Positions 13,772-26,339 of a DNA stretch of 64,000 nucleotides are shown in pieces. The stretch comes from Hemiscyllium ocellatum. Taxonomy: Eukaryota. Location: assembly GCF_020745735.1 (NCBI RefSeq), contig NC_083437.1:34782001-34846000 (forward strand). The letters are read 5' to 3'. Positions within the stretch are counted from its first letter, which is position 1. Each line of letters starts with the position of its first letter. The notes below the pieces were generated by a model. It saw only the letters and a list, made by a program, of their open reading frames with translations, made no database searches and was not told the DNA's origin. A program made the position numbers and the translations under genes.

Positions 13772-14771
13772 AGTACTTGAATCAATCCCATTGAGAAGGT
13801 CGCCTTCTCCCTTTGTTTTGTAATAATGCATTTCTCTGCCTTATTGTCACAGATACCCTCAGTCATTCCTTTAATAATGCCGACTTGGTTTTTACAAATG
13901 CTGTTCTTGCTGGCATCCTAACTTCCGCACTCCATAAACTCCAACCCTGCTAAACTGGTGTTGTGCATGTTGTTTCTACCTGCAGCCTCTATTACCTCAA
14001 TTCTGAGCAGGTAGTACTGATTCCACATTCACTTTCAAAATCCTCGTTCTCGCCTATAAGTGTTTACATGATCTGGTACAGTGACTTCTTTCACTTTTGT
14101 GACCTGGTCTAATCTTCATTTCCAATGTTTTTCACCATTTTTAGCCATTCTTTTAAGACATCACGTTTCTTTCTCTTGAACTTTGCCCCAAGATCCCTTT
14201 ACGTTGAATTACTTCCTCTGTGCTTTCAAATACCGAACAAAGGTGGCAAAACCTTATATTAGAATGGATGAAGGAGCAGAGTCTATTATATCCTCTTTGT
14301 GTTGGCAAACGCCTGTTTTCATTTGCTACTTACAGATAGGGATCAGAAAATCATTGCATGAGCTTCACCACTTGTGGCATGATGGGGTACATAGTGAAAT
14401 GAGTAGGGTTTAAGGTCGTTTCTGTTTAAGAATATGGTCATTTGTGAATTAGAACAGGACGAATGATTTGGTAACTTCACAACTGCTAGTTTTAGAATAA
14501 ATTTTGGATTTATTTTAATTAATTCATCAATGTTTAACCTGTACAGCTGAAGTAGCTGCAGTGACTGTCGAGTTTTGCTTGAATTCTGGCCTCTTCTGAA
14601 GACTTTGCTGTATCATTGTAGAGTAATGCAACACAGAAAGGTCCCTTTCACCCATTGAATCGGTGCTGACCTATCGACACTAGCCCCACTTTTCAGCACT
14701 TGGCCCATAGCCTTGAATATTATAACATTTTAAGCGCTTATCCATGAATGTTGTTTTTTTTTGTTCTTCTT

Positions 14772-15000
14772 TTGTTCCCAAATAGCGGAATGATTTCAGA
14801 ATTGCTTTCCCCAAGTCAAAGATGACTGTTGAAAATGGATCTCCATAGGTGTGCGTTTGTCTCTAGTGCCACTGAAATATCTCCATGAAGGCTGGTATCC
14901 CATCACTAAGTCACCCTGTATTTACACGTGTATAGTACCTTACACTGACCCACCTAGGACACAGCTGGTTTCTAGAGTGAACAGAACCCCTGATACTCCT
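14772..15000 (-). mobile_element. Possible Gypsy-type LTR 3' end, PBS-like site and gag start remnant
   Basis: On the minus strand an LTR-like end (...gatatttCA) is followed by gTGGca, then ccgctatttggg (PLFG). Short and degenerate. Confidence 0.35.
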
Positions 15001-17086
15001 GTTTTTTTTTTATTACTCCCCCACACTACCGCCTAACTGCGGTAATGCTTATTTTTTCTCCAGCACCCATGTTGTGTGTGTGCAGGTGAATAAACTTTAT
15101 ATAGTGAGGTTTCCTGCTTTCATGACACACTAAAGCAGTATCTTTAACCTCTCATGGTCAGACCATATTTGCTGTGAGATTTTGTTTTAAAACCATTGAA
15201 GCACTGAATATTTGTTGCAAATTATAAATTAAATAGGTCTTATTCCCAGGGTAGGGGAATCCAACACTAAAAGGTTTAAGCTAAGAGGGGAAAGTTGTAA
15301 AAGAGACCTAAGGGGCAACTGTTTCAAGCAGGGCACGGTGTGAATGGAATGAGCTGCCAGAGGAAGTGGTGGACACTGGTACAATTACATTTTTCTGGAT
15401 GGGTATATGATAGGAAGGGTTTAAAGGGATATGGGCCAAATGCTGGCAAATGGAACTAGATTAATTCAGGTTATCTGGTCAGCATGGATGAGTTGAACCA
15501 AAAGGTCTGTTTCCATGCTGTACAATTTTATGAATCTAATACTCTATTTTAAATGTTTAACATACCTTTTGATCTAGCTCCAAAATCTACCTTAAATAAC
15601 CCATATCTAGTGATGTAAAGTTCCCCATGATTATTGCACTACGTTTGTTACATTCAATATTAATTTCCAGGTGCATACCCCACTGATACTGAGAATGTTA
15701 AGGAGACAAGCTATACGGTGATGTATTATCCCACTGATTGGCTTTGCATTTGCACTCACTCTGCCAAGTTTCACCTCCTGGCATTAAATTACTCGACAAT
15801 TTTTTTCAAATATGAAGAAAAACAATTTGTTGCAAGAGGGAACATTTGCATGCTTGGAAAAGTCCGTATCAGAACTGGATGACAGGGCAAAGGCATTCAG
15901 ACAGGCTCAGGAGGGAGCTGTCTGCTCTCATCGTTTTGCCTGCAACCTTCCTCACCCTTGCATTTTAAACTTTTAGTGAGAATGATAACAATCTCTCCAA
16001 ACACTGGAAATCGCTTCAGGCAAAGAAAGATGTAGCATTTTATCCTGAGAGGATTTGAAGAGTTAATCTGTCACTTTGAAATGAAATTGCTGTTTTGGAA
16101 CTTAATGTGAATTATATTTTAGATCCTGCTCACAATTAATTAGAAGCAGGTTGTGCACACTCCCATTTCTGGTTTTGTGAATTGCATTTACAAATCCAAC
16201 ACCATGGCTTTGAAATGTCACGTGATTGGATTTGGAGCCTGACTTTTGCAAAGCTATAGTACCTCACCAGGCCAGGTTTACATAATGTATTTTTATTTAT
16301 CGTGTGAGGTCTTCTCTTGGGATTTATGATTTATCATCAGTTTTCAGGCGTTAGTCCCTTCTGGGCCCACGGAGCTAATGTTTTTTTTCCACTGAACAGT
16401 GAAAATTCTGAAATCTGTCTCACACATCTCTCTATGTTGCTCTTAAAATATGAATTCTTGGCCATTTATCCCTGTGTGGAGTGAATTCCTGTAAAAGTAG
16501 TGACCCATTGTGTATGCCCAACGTTTGAGCAGCTTGTGTGCAGTCTGTCTATGGTTTTCTGATACCTGTCGGTGACAGGTGTGGCTCATTGTCCCCAGAG
16601 TATCCCAGCAAATTATTCCCTGAGAATCTTCAATGCTATAACCTGTCTGAGGGCTTAGCTCTTTGCATTTAATTTCCCTTCTTCTCTCAAAAGAGCTGGT
16701 TTCCAATGGGGCACAATTCTGCAAGGAATGGCAATCCTCTGGCATCTCTATGCCAGTTTCTGCTTCTCTTGTGGTAGCTTGGAGAGTTAGTGAAAGCAGA
16801 ATAGGATAGGAAAAGCAGAGAGGTTCTGTTAAACCTCGTGTTGATCACTCTCTGAGTGTAATAAACGGGTTCTCCAAATTACAAACAAGAAGGTAGAGGC
16901 GCTGGAGGAGACACAACTACTTGGATGATACCAGGACTGAGAGGATTTCTTGCTCATACAAGACTGAACAGGATTGGTCTGTTTCTTCAGAGAAGAACAA
17001 GCTCAAGGGTGACCTGACAATTGTGTTTGAATTTAGGAAGGGTTTATTAACGGGTTTTGAGAAGATTTGTAGTTCAGGTTGAGGTT

Positions 17087-17326
17087 CTGGATGTAGGTTT
17101 GCTCGCTGAGCTGGAAGGTTCATTTTCAGATATTTCGACACCATAGCAGGTAACATCATCAGTGAGCCTCCGGATGAAGCACTGCTGACGGTTCCTGCTT
17201 TCTATTTATATATAGTAGGAATCATCAGCAGTGCTTCATCTGGAGGCTCACTGAAGATGTTACCTAATACGGTGTCGAAACGCCTGAAAATGAACCTTCC
17301 AGCTCAGTGGGCAAACCTACTTCCAG
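17087..17326. mobile_element. Palindromic (fold-back) Penelope-derived element with a hammerhead motif in each arm
   Basis: About 110-bp inverted arms flank an AT-rich centre near 17206. The + core is CTGAAGA at 17251 with GAAA at 17277. The - core is CTGATGA at 17162-17156. Related to the 25617 motif. Confidence 0.85.
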
Positions 17327-18504
17327 GGGTTTAATAAGTTTGATGTTTTCCTTTAGCAAGAGTCCAAAACTAAATATAAGATGGAGCCTAATAAATCCAA
17401 TAAGATATTCAGCAGAATCCTGTTCAATGGGAAGGTAATTGAAATGTGGAACTATGCCATTTCAGGGAGTAGTTGAGGTGAGTGACATAAAGACGTTTGA
17501 GGGGAAGCCAGCCAGCATACAGCGGAGAAAGAATTGGAAGGATGTACTGATGAGGATAGATGAAGCAGTAGGGAAAGAGGCATGTGTGGAATATAATGGG
17601 CTAAATTGATAATTTCAACATTCCAAATTATATAGAATATTCAACATTCAAAAGGTGTCATTTCATTGGTCATCTGGCATTCACCAAGGTGCACTTTGTG
17701 AAAGGCAATTGCTGAAGTAAAGAAGAGAATATTTATTGCAATATCAACCAGAATCTTGGACAATTTGGCTACTCCCTCCACTGGCTTTACCAAAATAATC
17801 CATCTGAGTATGGATGAGCAGTTAAACACATTAGTTCTAGTCAATAAGATCCATTCAGACTGAGGGTGTGAAGTTTAATTGATTATTAGAGTATGACAGG
17901 TTTATGAAGTTTGTGATTGTCATGTAGGGATCATGGGTCGAGACTGAACCTTAACTGCTGGTATTTCACATTGTTTCATAGAGGCATAGTGAACAAAGTC
18001 CAGAAACCAACTTGATGGAGCTTTCCGACTACTCTACAATGGTCTTGTGAAATATCCAAGAACAAAACACATTTTGAGAACTGAGCATTTGTGTCTTGAA
18101 TAATGAGGGGGTCCCTCCTTTCCTAGAATTCAACTTTTTGTTGATCTGTCCTGAAGAAAGGAAGAGTTTTCTGTATTTTATTTGCTGTTTGTTTCTTATT
18201 ATTTGGATGGTAGGATTAGTTGGAGTTATTGTGGAGCAATGGGGTTCCAAGTAGATTTTCTGGTTCAGCCAAGAAGCTAACCAGGTTGGAATGATTCAGA
18301 TACCTTTTGCGAGCACATTGTCAGGGTAAGGTGCATCATCATGCAGCTAATGTAAGGTGTAGTCTAGTGATAGCTGGTGACCTTAACTGTTGAGGCCCAC
18401 ACCACATGTCTGACACCAATCATATGTGCTGTACATTTTATCATCTTTGTCAATATCCATATTCCATTATTGAAAGAATCTAAGGGCAAAGAAGAGTTTG
18501 AGGG

Positions 18505-18728
18505 AAACAAAAAAACCTAGATTGCTGGAAAAGCTCAGCAGGTCTGGCAGCATCTGTGGTGAGAAATCAGAGTTAACATTTTGGGTTCAGAACTGAAAGT
18601 GTCACTCGTCCTGAAACGTTAACTATGATTTCTCACTACAGATGCTGCCAAACCTGCTTATAACTTCATTCTCAATTTCTGTTTTGGTTTCTGATTTCCA
18701 GCATTGACAATTCTCTCGTTTTTTTTGT
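18505..18728. mobile_element. Palindromic Penelope-derived element (degenerate hammerhead)
   Basis: Inverted arms (ggcagcatctgtggtgagaaatca / tgatttctcactacagatgctgcc). 13-bp TSD aagagtttgaggg at 18492 and 18729. Confidence 0.78.
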
Positions 18729-19262
18729 AAGAGTTTGAGGGTAATTGTTAAACAGGTGAACGAAGAGGAGAGGAACAATTTTGAGAAAATTTTGAGCCTA
18801 TTCTCCTCAATATCATCTGAGGATAGTTGCGGAAAACACAATGAAAGGAGGGACAAAACAGCTTTCCAATAACATGATGCAGCACAATCTCCTGGGATGT
18901 ACTCACTTTCTGGAATTCGCTAAATGAAAAGAAAGTAATCATTCTAACCACACACCTTGGTCAAATCGATTTTAAAAAAAACTCACGCACAGGGCCGGAG
19001 CTCATTGCCCACTGAGTGGGCAAAGTGATAAGTGAACATGGAGAATTGTGTAAGGAGTGCATGTGTCACACTGTGTAAGTGGTGACAAACCTGTAAGCAA
19101 CCAACAACATTGGGAGGGTGAGAAAATGGAACACTCACCCATTAGCAGTGAGGAGTACATTGATGAGCTGAATCACCAATTTACATAGATCTTAAATACA
19201 ATTTTATGTAATTTAATCCACTCTAATTTAATGAAATTTGCACCTGTCTCTTAAATTTTCAA

Positions 19263-19555
19263 GGTGGCTCAGTGGTTAGCACTGCTGCCTTACAGCGCCA
19301 GGGTCCCAGGTTCGATTCCAGCCTCGGGCGACTGTGTGGAGTTTGCACGTTCTCCCTGTGTCTGCTTGGGTTTCCTCCGGGTGCTCCGGTTTCCTCCCAC
19401 AGTCCAAAAATGTGCAGATCAAGTGAATTGGCCATGCTAAGTTGTCTATAGTGTTAGGAGCATTAGTTAGAGAGGGGTGGGTTACTCTTTGGAGGGTCGG
19501 TGTGGACTTGTTGAGCCGAAGGCCCTGTTTCCACACTGTAGTGAAACTAATCTAA
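19263..19555 (+). mobile_element. HE1-like V-SINE
   Basis: tRNA-like head, V-domain and ctaatctaa tail. Confidence 0.88.
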
Positions 19556-20129
19556 CCTGCCCAGTGGAAGCTGGTGATTTACATGTGGCCTCCATGACTC
19601 ACTGTTAGAATCCTTTAGGCTGCAGGACACTAGCTCATAGAGCACTGGATTGAGCTTGGCATTGTTTCCTCTGTCAAAACTCACTGAGCTGACACTGTAG
19701 GACTGAGATTCAGGAAATTTAGAACCCAGGATGCTAGGCCCATATTTAAAGGGGCAGCATACAATTCAGAGGCTGAGCCGATCCTTAAAGTGGTGTCACA
19801 TATCCAAGTTCCCAAGGGGAGGGCATGTAGGAAGCAGCCTGCAATGCAATGTGGAGATAGTGGAGATTGTGTATATCATCCACCATACCTTCAGGTGAAA
19901 CCACCAATGCCAACAACTGACCTGTGTCACAATGTAGGTACGTTCTGTGTTGGCTTTGGGACATCTTCATTTGCTGCAGCAACTGAAATTCAAATGTTGG
20001 AGATTTGAAAAGCAGAGATTTCCTTTTAAAAAAAATTCCACAAAGCAAGACTAGCTGCCCTTCAAGTATAAAGCTAGATCTGGCACAGCCAATAGGGTGA
20101 CCCTCCCCACACCCTTCCAAAATGTGAAT

Positions 20130-20428
20130 CGTAGAATCCCTAGAGTGTGGAAGCAGGCCATTCAGCCCATCAAGTCTACACCACTCCTCCAAAGAGCATC
20201 CCACCCAGACCCACACCCGTACCTTGTAATCCTGTACTCCCCATCCCTAGTCCTTCTAGCCTGCACACTACTGGGCAGTTTGCATGGCCAAATCTGTACA
20301 TCTTTGGACTGGGGGAGGAAACTGACACAGACATTGTGCAAACTCCGGACAGTCGCTCGAGACAGGAATCAAACCTGGGTTCCCGGTGCTGTGACACCGC
20401 AGTATTAACCATTGAGCCATCGCGCTGC
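20130..20428 (-). mobile_element. HE1-like V-SINE (older)
   Basis: Reverse-complement similarity to the 19263 copy. Confidence 0.82.
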
Positions 20429-21254
20429 TCCTAGTGGTCCAGCAGCAAGATCTGAATACCCGTTTTTGTTAGCTTTACACCATGCAATTGGTTTCAGCTA
20501 ACCACCAAGGACCTGTACCAGATCCCAGCTAACGTCCAGGCTTGCCATTGCCTCACTTGAAGGACTACCCGAGGTGTAGTGCATGTGGGGAAGGGCTACC
20601 TGATAAATCTCACTTATTACATTATCCTCGTCCATTGTGGCTGTCTTCATTAGCTGTTCCATCAGAGGCTAAGTTAAGACAGCATGTGCAAAAGCTACAG
20701 GAATTACATTAAGGCAATTTGGGTCAAATTTCCAAAGTGGCCCATTGAGAAAATGAATAGCTGAAATGATGTGTAAATGGCTTCATCAATGATAAATCAT
20801 AGGTATTTTAAGGTATATGCTGAGGCCAGGAATCTGGAAGAACTGCTGTGGTCATCAGTGAATAGCACTGTCTGATCTTTAGAGAAAGGAATCTCTCTGT
20901 GTGGTTCTGTTCTTCGGTGAGTTGTTAACTAATAATTCCCACAGAAGTAATTATTTAGTTGCAACACAATCTCTTCAAAGCAACACACCTTCTTAGAACA
21001 TATATGAGGCAAGTATGGACAATCAGCTCAACAATGCCAAAATCCTACAACCTGACTGAACTACACAGATAAACATTAGACTCTATGCTGTTCTGTATCT
21101 GAATGCAGCTAGTACTTTACTGTTTGAAGTTTGACCATAATTTACAGTGGATGAACTGTATTTGTGGATGAACTGCTGTATATGTACATATGCCTTCACT
21201 TCTTTGGTTTTGGCTCTTGATCTTTACCTCCATCCTCCTTATCTCCACATACAG

Positions 21255-21407
21255 TTAAACCTCAATGAAATAAATCCAAACAGACTGAGGAGGGTAGAAT
21301 CAAATCGAAAATCAAGAAGTTTTAACAAAGAGCCCAGCACGGCAGATTACTATAAGAGTCTGGGAAACGACGCAGAGGAGAAGAGTGGAATGGCTCCCAA
21401 TGAGGAG
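21255..21407 (+). CDS. espn: Espin internal coding exon (LNLNEINPNRLRRVESNRKSRSFNKEPSTADYYKSLGNDAEEKSGMAPNEE), phase 0-0, 153 nt
   Basis: Pyrimidine tract plus CAG acceptor ending at 21254, and GAG|GTGAGT donor at 21408. The translation resembles the mammalian espin segment RKPRAFSKQPSTGDYY...GMAHSEE (recalled from memory). Confidence 0.92.
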
Positions 21408-21897
21408 GTGAGTTTGCTCTATGACACAGCTAAACAAAGTGTTTATCTAAAACCCTGATTGTGGGTAACCTCCAAGCCAGAGTAACAAGGTAGTAAACAA
21501 AAGCAAACTATTGCAAAAGCTGAAGTGCAGACAGAAAATGCTTGAAACACCCAAAATGTCAAGCAGTATTTGTGGAGAGAGAAACTGATTAATGTTACAA
21601 GTCAACGACCTTTCATGGGAACTGGGTCAACCTTGATCCAGAATAAATCGTCGACAAAATAAATTCTTGATTCATTTCACTCCCTTCTAAGTTCCACATG
21701 ATATCAAATTAAGGTTAAATTCATTTTTGTATTAACAATTAAAAATTTATAGTGCAGTACTGTTATGTGAAGGTAACAAGAACTGCAGTATCCTGGTTGG
21801 AATGTGCTTAGTGCCAGCCTGTGGCTGGAATTAAACACAACAGAAAAGTGGAGCAATTCGCTATTTGGTTGAAGTCACCACATGAATATTTACTAGT

Positions 21898-22097
21898 AAG
21901 TTAAAAATCACACAACACCAGATTACAGTCCAACAGGTTTATTTGGAAGCACTAGCTTTCGTAGTGCTGCTCCTTCGTCTGGTAGCGTATCCACCTGATG
22001 AAGGAGTAGTGCTCTGAAAGCTAATGCTTCCAATTAAACCTGTTGGACTATAACCTGGTATGTGATTTTTAACTTTGTACACCCCAGTCCAACACCC
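21898..22097. mobile_element. Palindromic Penelope-derived element, GGAGC/GCTCC hammerhead family
   Basis: Inverted arms (aagttaaaaatcac...gtccaacaggttt / aaacctgttggac...gtgatttttaactt). Core CTGATGA-A-GGAGTAGTGCTCT-GAAA-GCTA at 21995-22023. Confidence 0.8.
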
Positions 22098-22267
22098 AAT
22101 GTACTAATATGTTTCAATGAATTTCCTCTGACTTCTATTTGAAATAACACACTCATCCATCTATTGGAACATCATTAACTTAGTAAGGGCTCACATGATG
22201 AAGTTATCCGAAAGGCAGACACAATGCTGTATGACCTCCTTCAGTGCTACATCATTCCGAGAAATCA

Positions 22268-22520
22268 TTTAATCCCTACAGTGTGGAACTAGGCTATTCA
22301 GCCCATCGAGTCCTCACCGACTCTCTCTGAAGAGAATCCCACCCAGACCCACCCTTTCTCCTATCCCTATAACCCTGCATTTTCCATGGCCAATCTATCC
22401 AACCTGCATACCTTTGGACTTTGGGAGGAAACCAGAGCACCCAGACGAAACTCACACAGACACTGGGAGAGTGGCTGGAATCGAACCTGTGTCCCTGATG
22501 CTGTGAACCACTGTGCCAGT
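22268..22520 (-). mobile_element. HE1-like V-SINE (older)
   Basis: Tail aatccctacagtgtgg and partial V-domain and head. Confidence 0.8.
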
Positions 22521-23424
22521 GACAATACAGGATATATGGGAAATACAGCTAGGAAATACAGGACAGGTTTCTTTAAAACTAAACAGTCCAGGTGAAAGAT
22601 TGCAAGTGTTATTTGAAGTAATTTGAGATCGTGTCCATTGCCAGAGTTGGCTGGAGGATTGCTGCACTTCCTTCCAATGTTCTGCAGCCTGTGGGAAAGT
22701 AAAGTTAACTCATGACTCATTTCTGGCAAAATTCTGCTGCAAATTCCTTCAAATTTCCCTTATCCTCTCACCTATTGTGAGGAGCTACATGCATCAAGTG
22801 CCATCTTCCTCTCAATCTCAAGTTGTAGCCAGTAACTGTCTTCCAGCCACCTGACCTTGATTTTACCCTGTTCCCTGTTGCAACCTACTGCTCTTATGGG
22901 AGCTAAGTTTCAAAACTCATATCCTATCAAGATCATTCACCTCTTCCTCTGAAACATTGACGTGTCTCCATTTGTACCTTACTCCATTCTTGCTAAAAAC
23001 CCCGATTGATAGTTGTACCACCATTTGGCTTGCGCTTTTCAATAAAAAAACTCCACTGCTTCCAATTTGGGTGTGTAATCTTTCCTATGTTTACAGATCA
23101 TACAAAATGTTGCGCATTTTTATGAAGGAGGGCTTATCACTGATATGCAACTACATGGGTATTAGCATGTGCTGTCTTTTAAAATCAGCAGCAAATCTTT
23201 GCTGCCTCACAACAGTGGTTGCACTTTTAAATGTCTTCCTTTGTTGCAGATGCTTTGGGGATGATCTGAGAATCATGTTACATGAATGCAAGTCTTCTCT
23301 GAAAAGCTCAATATCCCAAAATCACCAAAATCACACTTTTTCTTCACAACAGAGTTTAGGGGTTGATTGTATATCCATGCAAAATCACTCCTGTTTGAAA
23401 TGTTTTGTAACCAATAAAGATGTT

Positions 23425-23588
23425 ATGATTTTGAGATGCCGGTGTTAGTCTGGGGTGTACAAAGTTAAAAATCACGCAACACCAGGTTATAGTCCAACAC
23501 CTGATGAAGGAGCGGCGCTCCAAAAGCTAGTGCTTCCAATTAAACCTGTTGGACTATAACCTGGTATTGTGTCATTTTTAACTAAATA
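23425..23588. mobile_element. Second copy of the GGAGC/GCTCC palindromic element (GAAA mutated to AAAA)
   Basis: CTGATGA-A-GGAGCGGCGCTCC-AAAA-GCTA at 23501-23529. Approximate 12-bp TSD aataaa(g/t)atgtt at 23413 and 23589. Confidence 0.78.
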
Positions 23589-23907
23589 AATAAATATGTT
23601 TTCAGCGTATAGTCGGTGTTGTAACACTTGGCAACCAATTTGCACACAGCAAGCTGCCATAAATGTGATAATGATGTGACAGTCTGTTTTTGTGATGTTG
23701 ATTGAGGGATGGATATTCTCCAGGACAATCAGCTTTGCTCCATATTTGCTCACAAATAACAGGATTGAAGTAAATTCTAATTCCAGGTTCATCCCACATT
23801 TAACAAGCTGATTAATCTTAATTTTTGAATAGCCCTTTGTCTATTTTGCACGTAGCAACATCTAAAGGTAGTTATAATCTTTTCTGAGTGTGAATAAATG
23901 ATTTATT

Positions 23908-24237
23908 AGATTAGATTACTTACAGTGTGGAAACAGGCCCTTCGGCCCAACAAGTCCACACCGACCCGCCGAAGCGCAACCTACCCATGCCCCTACATTT
24001 ACCCCTTACCTACTACGGACAATTTAGCATGGCCAATTCACCTGACCTGCACATCTTTGGACTATGGGAGGAAACCGGAGCACCCGGAGGAAACCCACGC
24101 AGACACGGGGAGAACGTGCAAACTCCACACAGTCAGTCGCCTGAGTCGGGAACTGAACCCGGGTCTCAGGCGCTGTGAGGCAGCAGTGCTAACCACTGTG
24201 CCACCGTGCCGCCCACTATGTGCCACCGTGCTGCCCA
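23908..24237 (-). mobile_element. Young HE1-like V-SINE with duplicated 5' end
   Basis: Near-identical reverse complement of the 38126 copy. The motif tgtgccaccgtgc occurs twice at the 5' end. Confidence 0.9.
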
Positions 24238-25333
24238 TATTTATTGCCACTTGCATTCAATTTTGAATGATACAGTAAAATAATGGACAGCTTCAATTAT
24301 CACCATAATCTGGCACTATTTTGAATAGTTTAAGAATATTCAAACTATTGTTAAACTATATAAGATGTAACTGAAAGAGAGTCCTGATCACTGAACCAAC
24401 TCGCTGACAACACCTACACTGCCATCCCTCCCCTACCACCTCACCGCAGGCTGTGCTAGACCCACCAACAAAGGAGTCCCCACTCATTAGGCACCAACTC
24501 TTTGCCACAGGGCCCACCTTACTGAAGCCAATACTGATGCCCTTGCCAAGTCCCATGCTGAACCCACATTCACTCCGCAATCAGGAGTCCCTTGGCTGCC
24601 AACTCGGTGATGCCAGAAATCCTGGCTCCAGGCATACCACGTTGCTGGCGCTGCTCTGGGCCTACTGCAGCCAAGAGTCCCTTGCTCCACTGCCAGACCA
24701 GGTGGCCACTACCATCTCACCAAGAGTCCTACACCAGCTGCCCTCCTCAGAGATATTGCCTCCATCTTGAAAGGTTTGTTACCGCTGCCTCCAATCCCAA
24801 ATGCCAGGAGGATGCCCATGCTGCTGCCACCACCACTGCCTCCATTTGCCATGAACAGCTGTGTCCACCACTATCTCCAACCACTGGGAGGAACTGCCAG
24901 TCTGTGCAAGACCCGCTCTAGCTGCCACGTTGATTTTGCCCATCTTGAATCTTTGTTTCTTACTCATTCCCCAGTGCACACATATCTGCCAACTTAGTGC
25001 AGAAAGATTCCACATTGTTGAGTAAACGATAATCATTTTGGTGAAAGAATTTATTTGTGAATATATTTTCTACAGTTTAAGATAGCAATACACCTTCAGA
25101 TCTTACATAAATGCAACCTGTGGATAATCAACCAAAGAAGCATTTTTGTAATTCATCAGATTTAGATCAATCTGTATGTAATTTAAATAATAACATTTTC
25201 ATTATGTTTTGAAACTAAAATGATTGGAGTGACTTATTGAAACTTCCAGAATACTGAGGCCTGGATAGAGTAGACGTGGAGAAGATGTTTCCACAAAATA
25301 TCAATGGTAAAGTCATGTGATTCAATATTTGCA

Positions 25334-25690
25334 TAGTCCTCATAGCCCTACACACGGATGAAAAAAAAACACCATTTCGACTGGGATAACACATCTATCC
25401 TGGGACATGCTAAGCAAAGACATGCCAGAGAATTCCTAGAGGCCTGGCAGTCCAACCACAATGCCATAAACAAGCACATAGATCTAGATGCCATCTATCA
25501 ACCCCTCGGAAAACGAACAGGAAATGACATCACCACAAACCCTAGGTACCCCATCCAGGAGAAAGGTATAAATCGAAAGCAGGAGACAACAGCTTGAGTT
25601 CACATGGAGGTCGCCACTGATGATGTTACCTAGCCAGTTAATGAAACGTCAAGATATCAAACCTACAGCTCAGCGAGCAAACTTACACCC
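25334..25690 (+). mobile_element. Penelope-like element 3' fragment (second family): endonuclease C-terminus plus hammerhead motif
   Basis: ORF HHFDWDNTSILGHAKQRHAREFLEAW...INKHIDLDAIYQPL is typical of a PLE GIY-YIG tail. CTGATGA-T-GTTACC...GAAA-CGTC at 25617-25650. 12-bp TSD tcaa(t/c)atttgca at 25322 and 25691. Confidence 0.85.
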
Positions 25691-26339
25691 TCAACATTTG
25701 CAATTTATTGCTCAATCAACTTCACTAAAAATAGATTATCGAGTTTGTTAACTTATTTCTGATTCTGGGATCTTGCTGTGCATTAATGGGTGTTGCATTC
25801 CTGTATATTACATCAGTGACTACAATCATATTTCCGGCCTAGGAGATAAAATACTTTGAGATGATCCAAGTGCAAAATTTCACTCCCTGTGAAAATCTCT
25901 TTAGCAAGTATTTTGCCAACCTTACTCGGGTGATCATTATCATATACTTATAAAATGTAGGCTTTATTTTCACAGTAGAAACCCGGAAATTTAAATGAGA
26001 TAAGAGGATGAAGAAAGAGCAGAAATGGGCCATTCAGCCCCTCGATTCTGCCTGGCCACTCCGTAACATCATTGATCTGGTTGTAATTCAAACTCCATAT
26101 TTCCAACCTGCCATCATTACATTTGATTCCCTTGCCTAACAAGAACCTACTGACCTCTGCTTTAAAAATATTCAATTACTTTGCTTTCAACATCTCTTCA
26201 GGGAGACATTTGCAAAGTTTCACAATCCCTTGAGAAAATAAAATTCTCCTCATCTCTGTCCTAAAAAGGCGATCCCTAATTTTAAAGCACTGCCCCTAGT
26301 TCTGGACTAATTCATATGAGGAAACATAACTTCCACATT

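Noticed and set aside
22957-23448. Longest ORF in the track (163 aa); also 5929-6375 and 56784-57206
   Set aside because: No recognisable domain or exon structure, and two of them overlap repeats; consistent with chance intronic ORFs.
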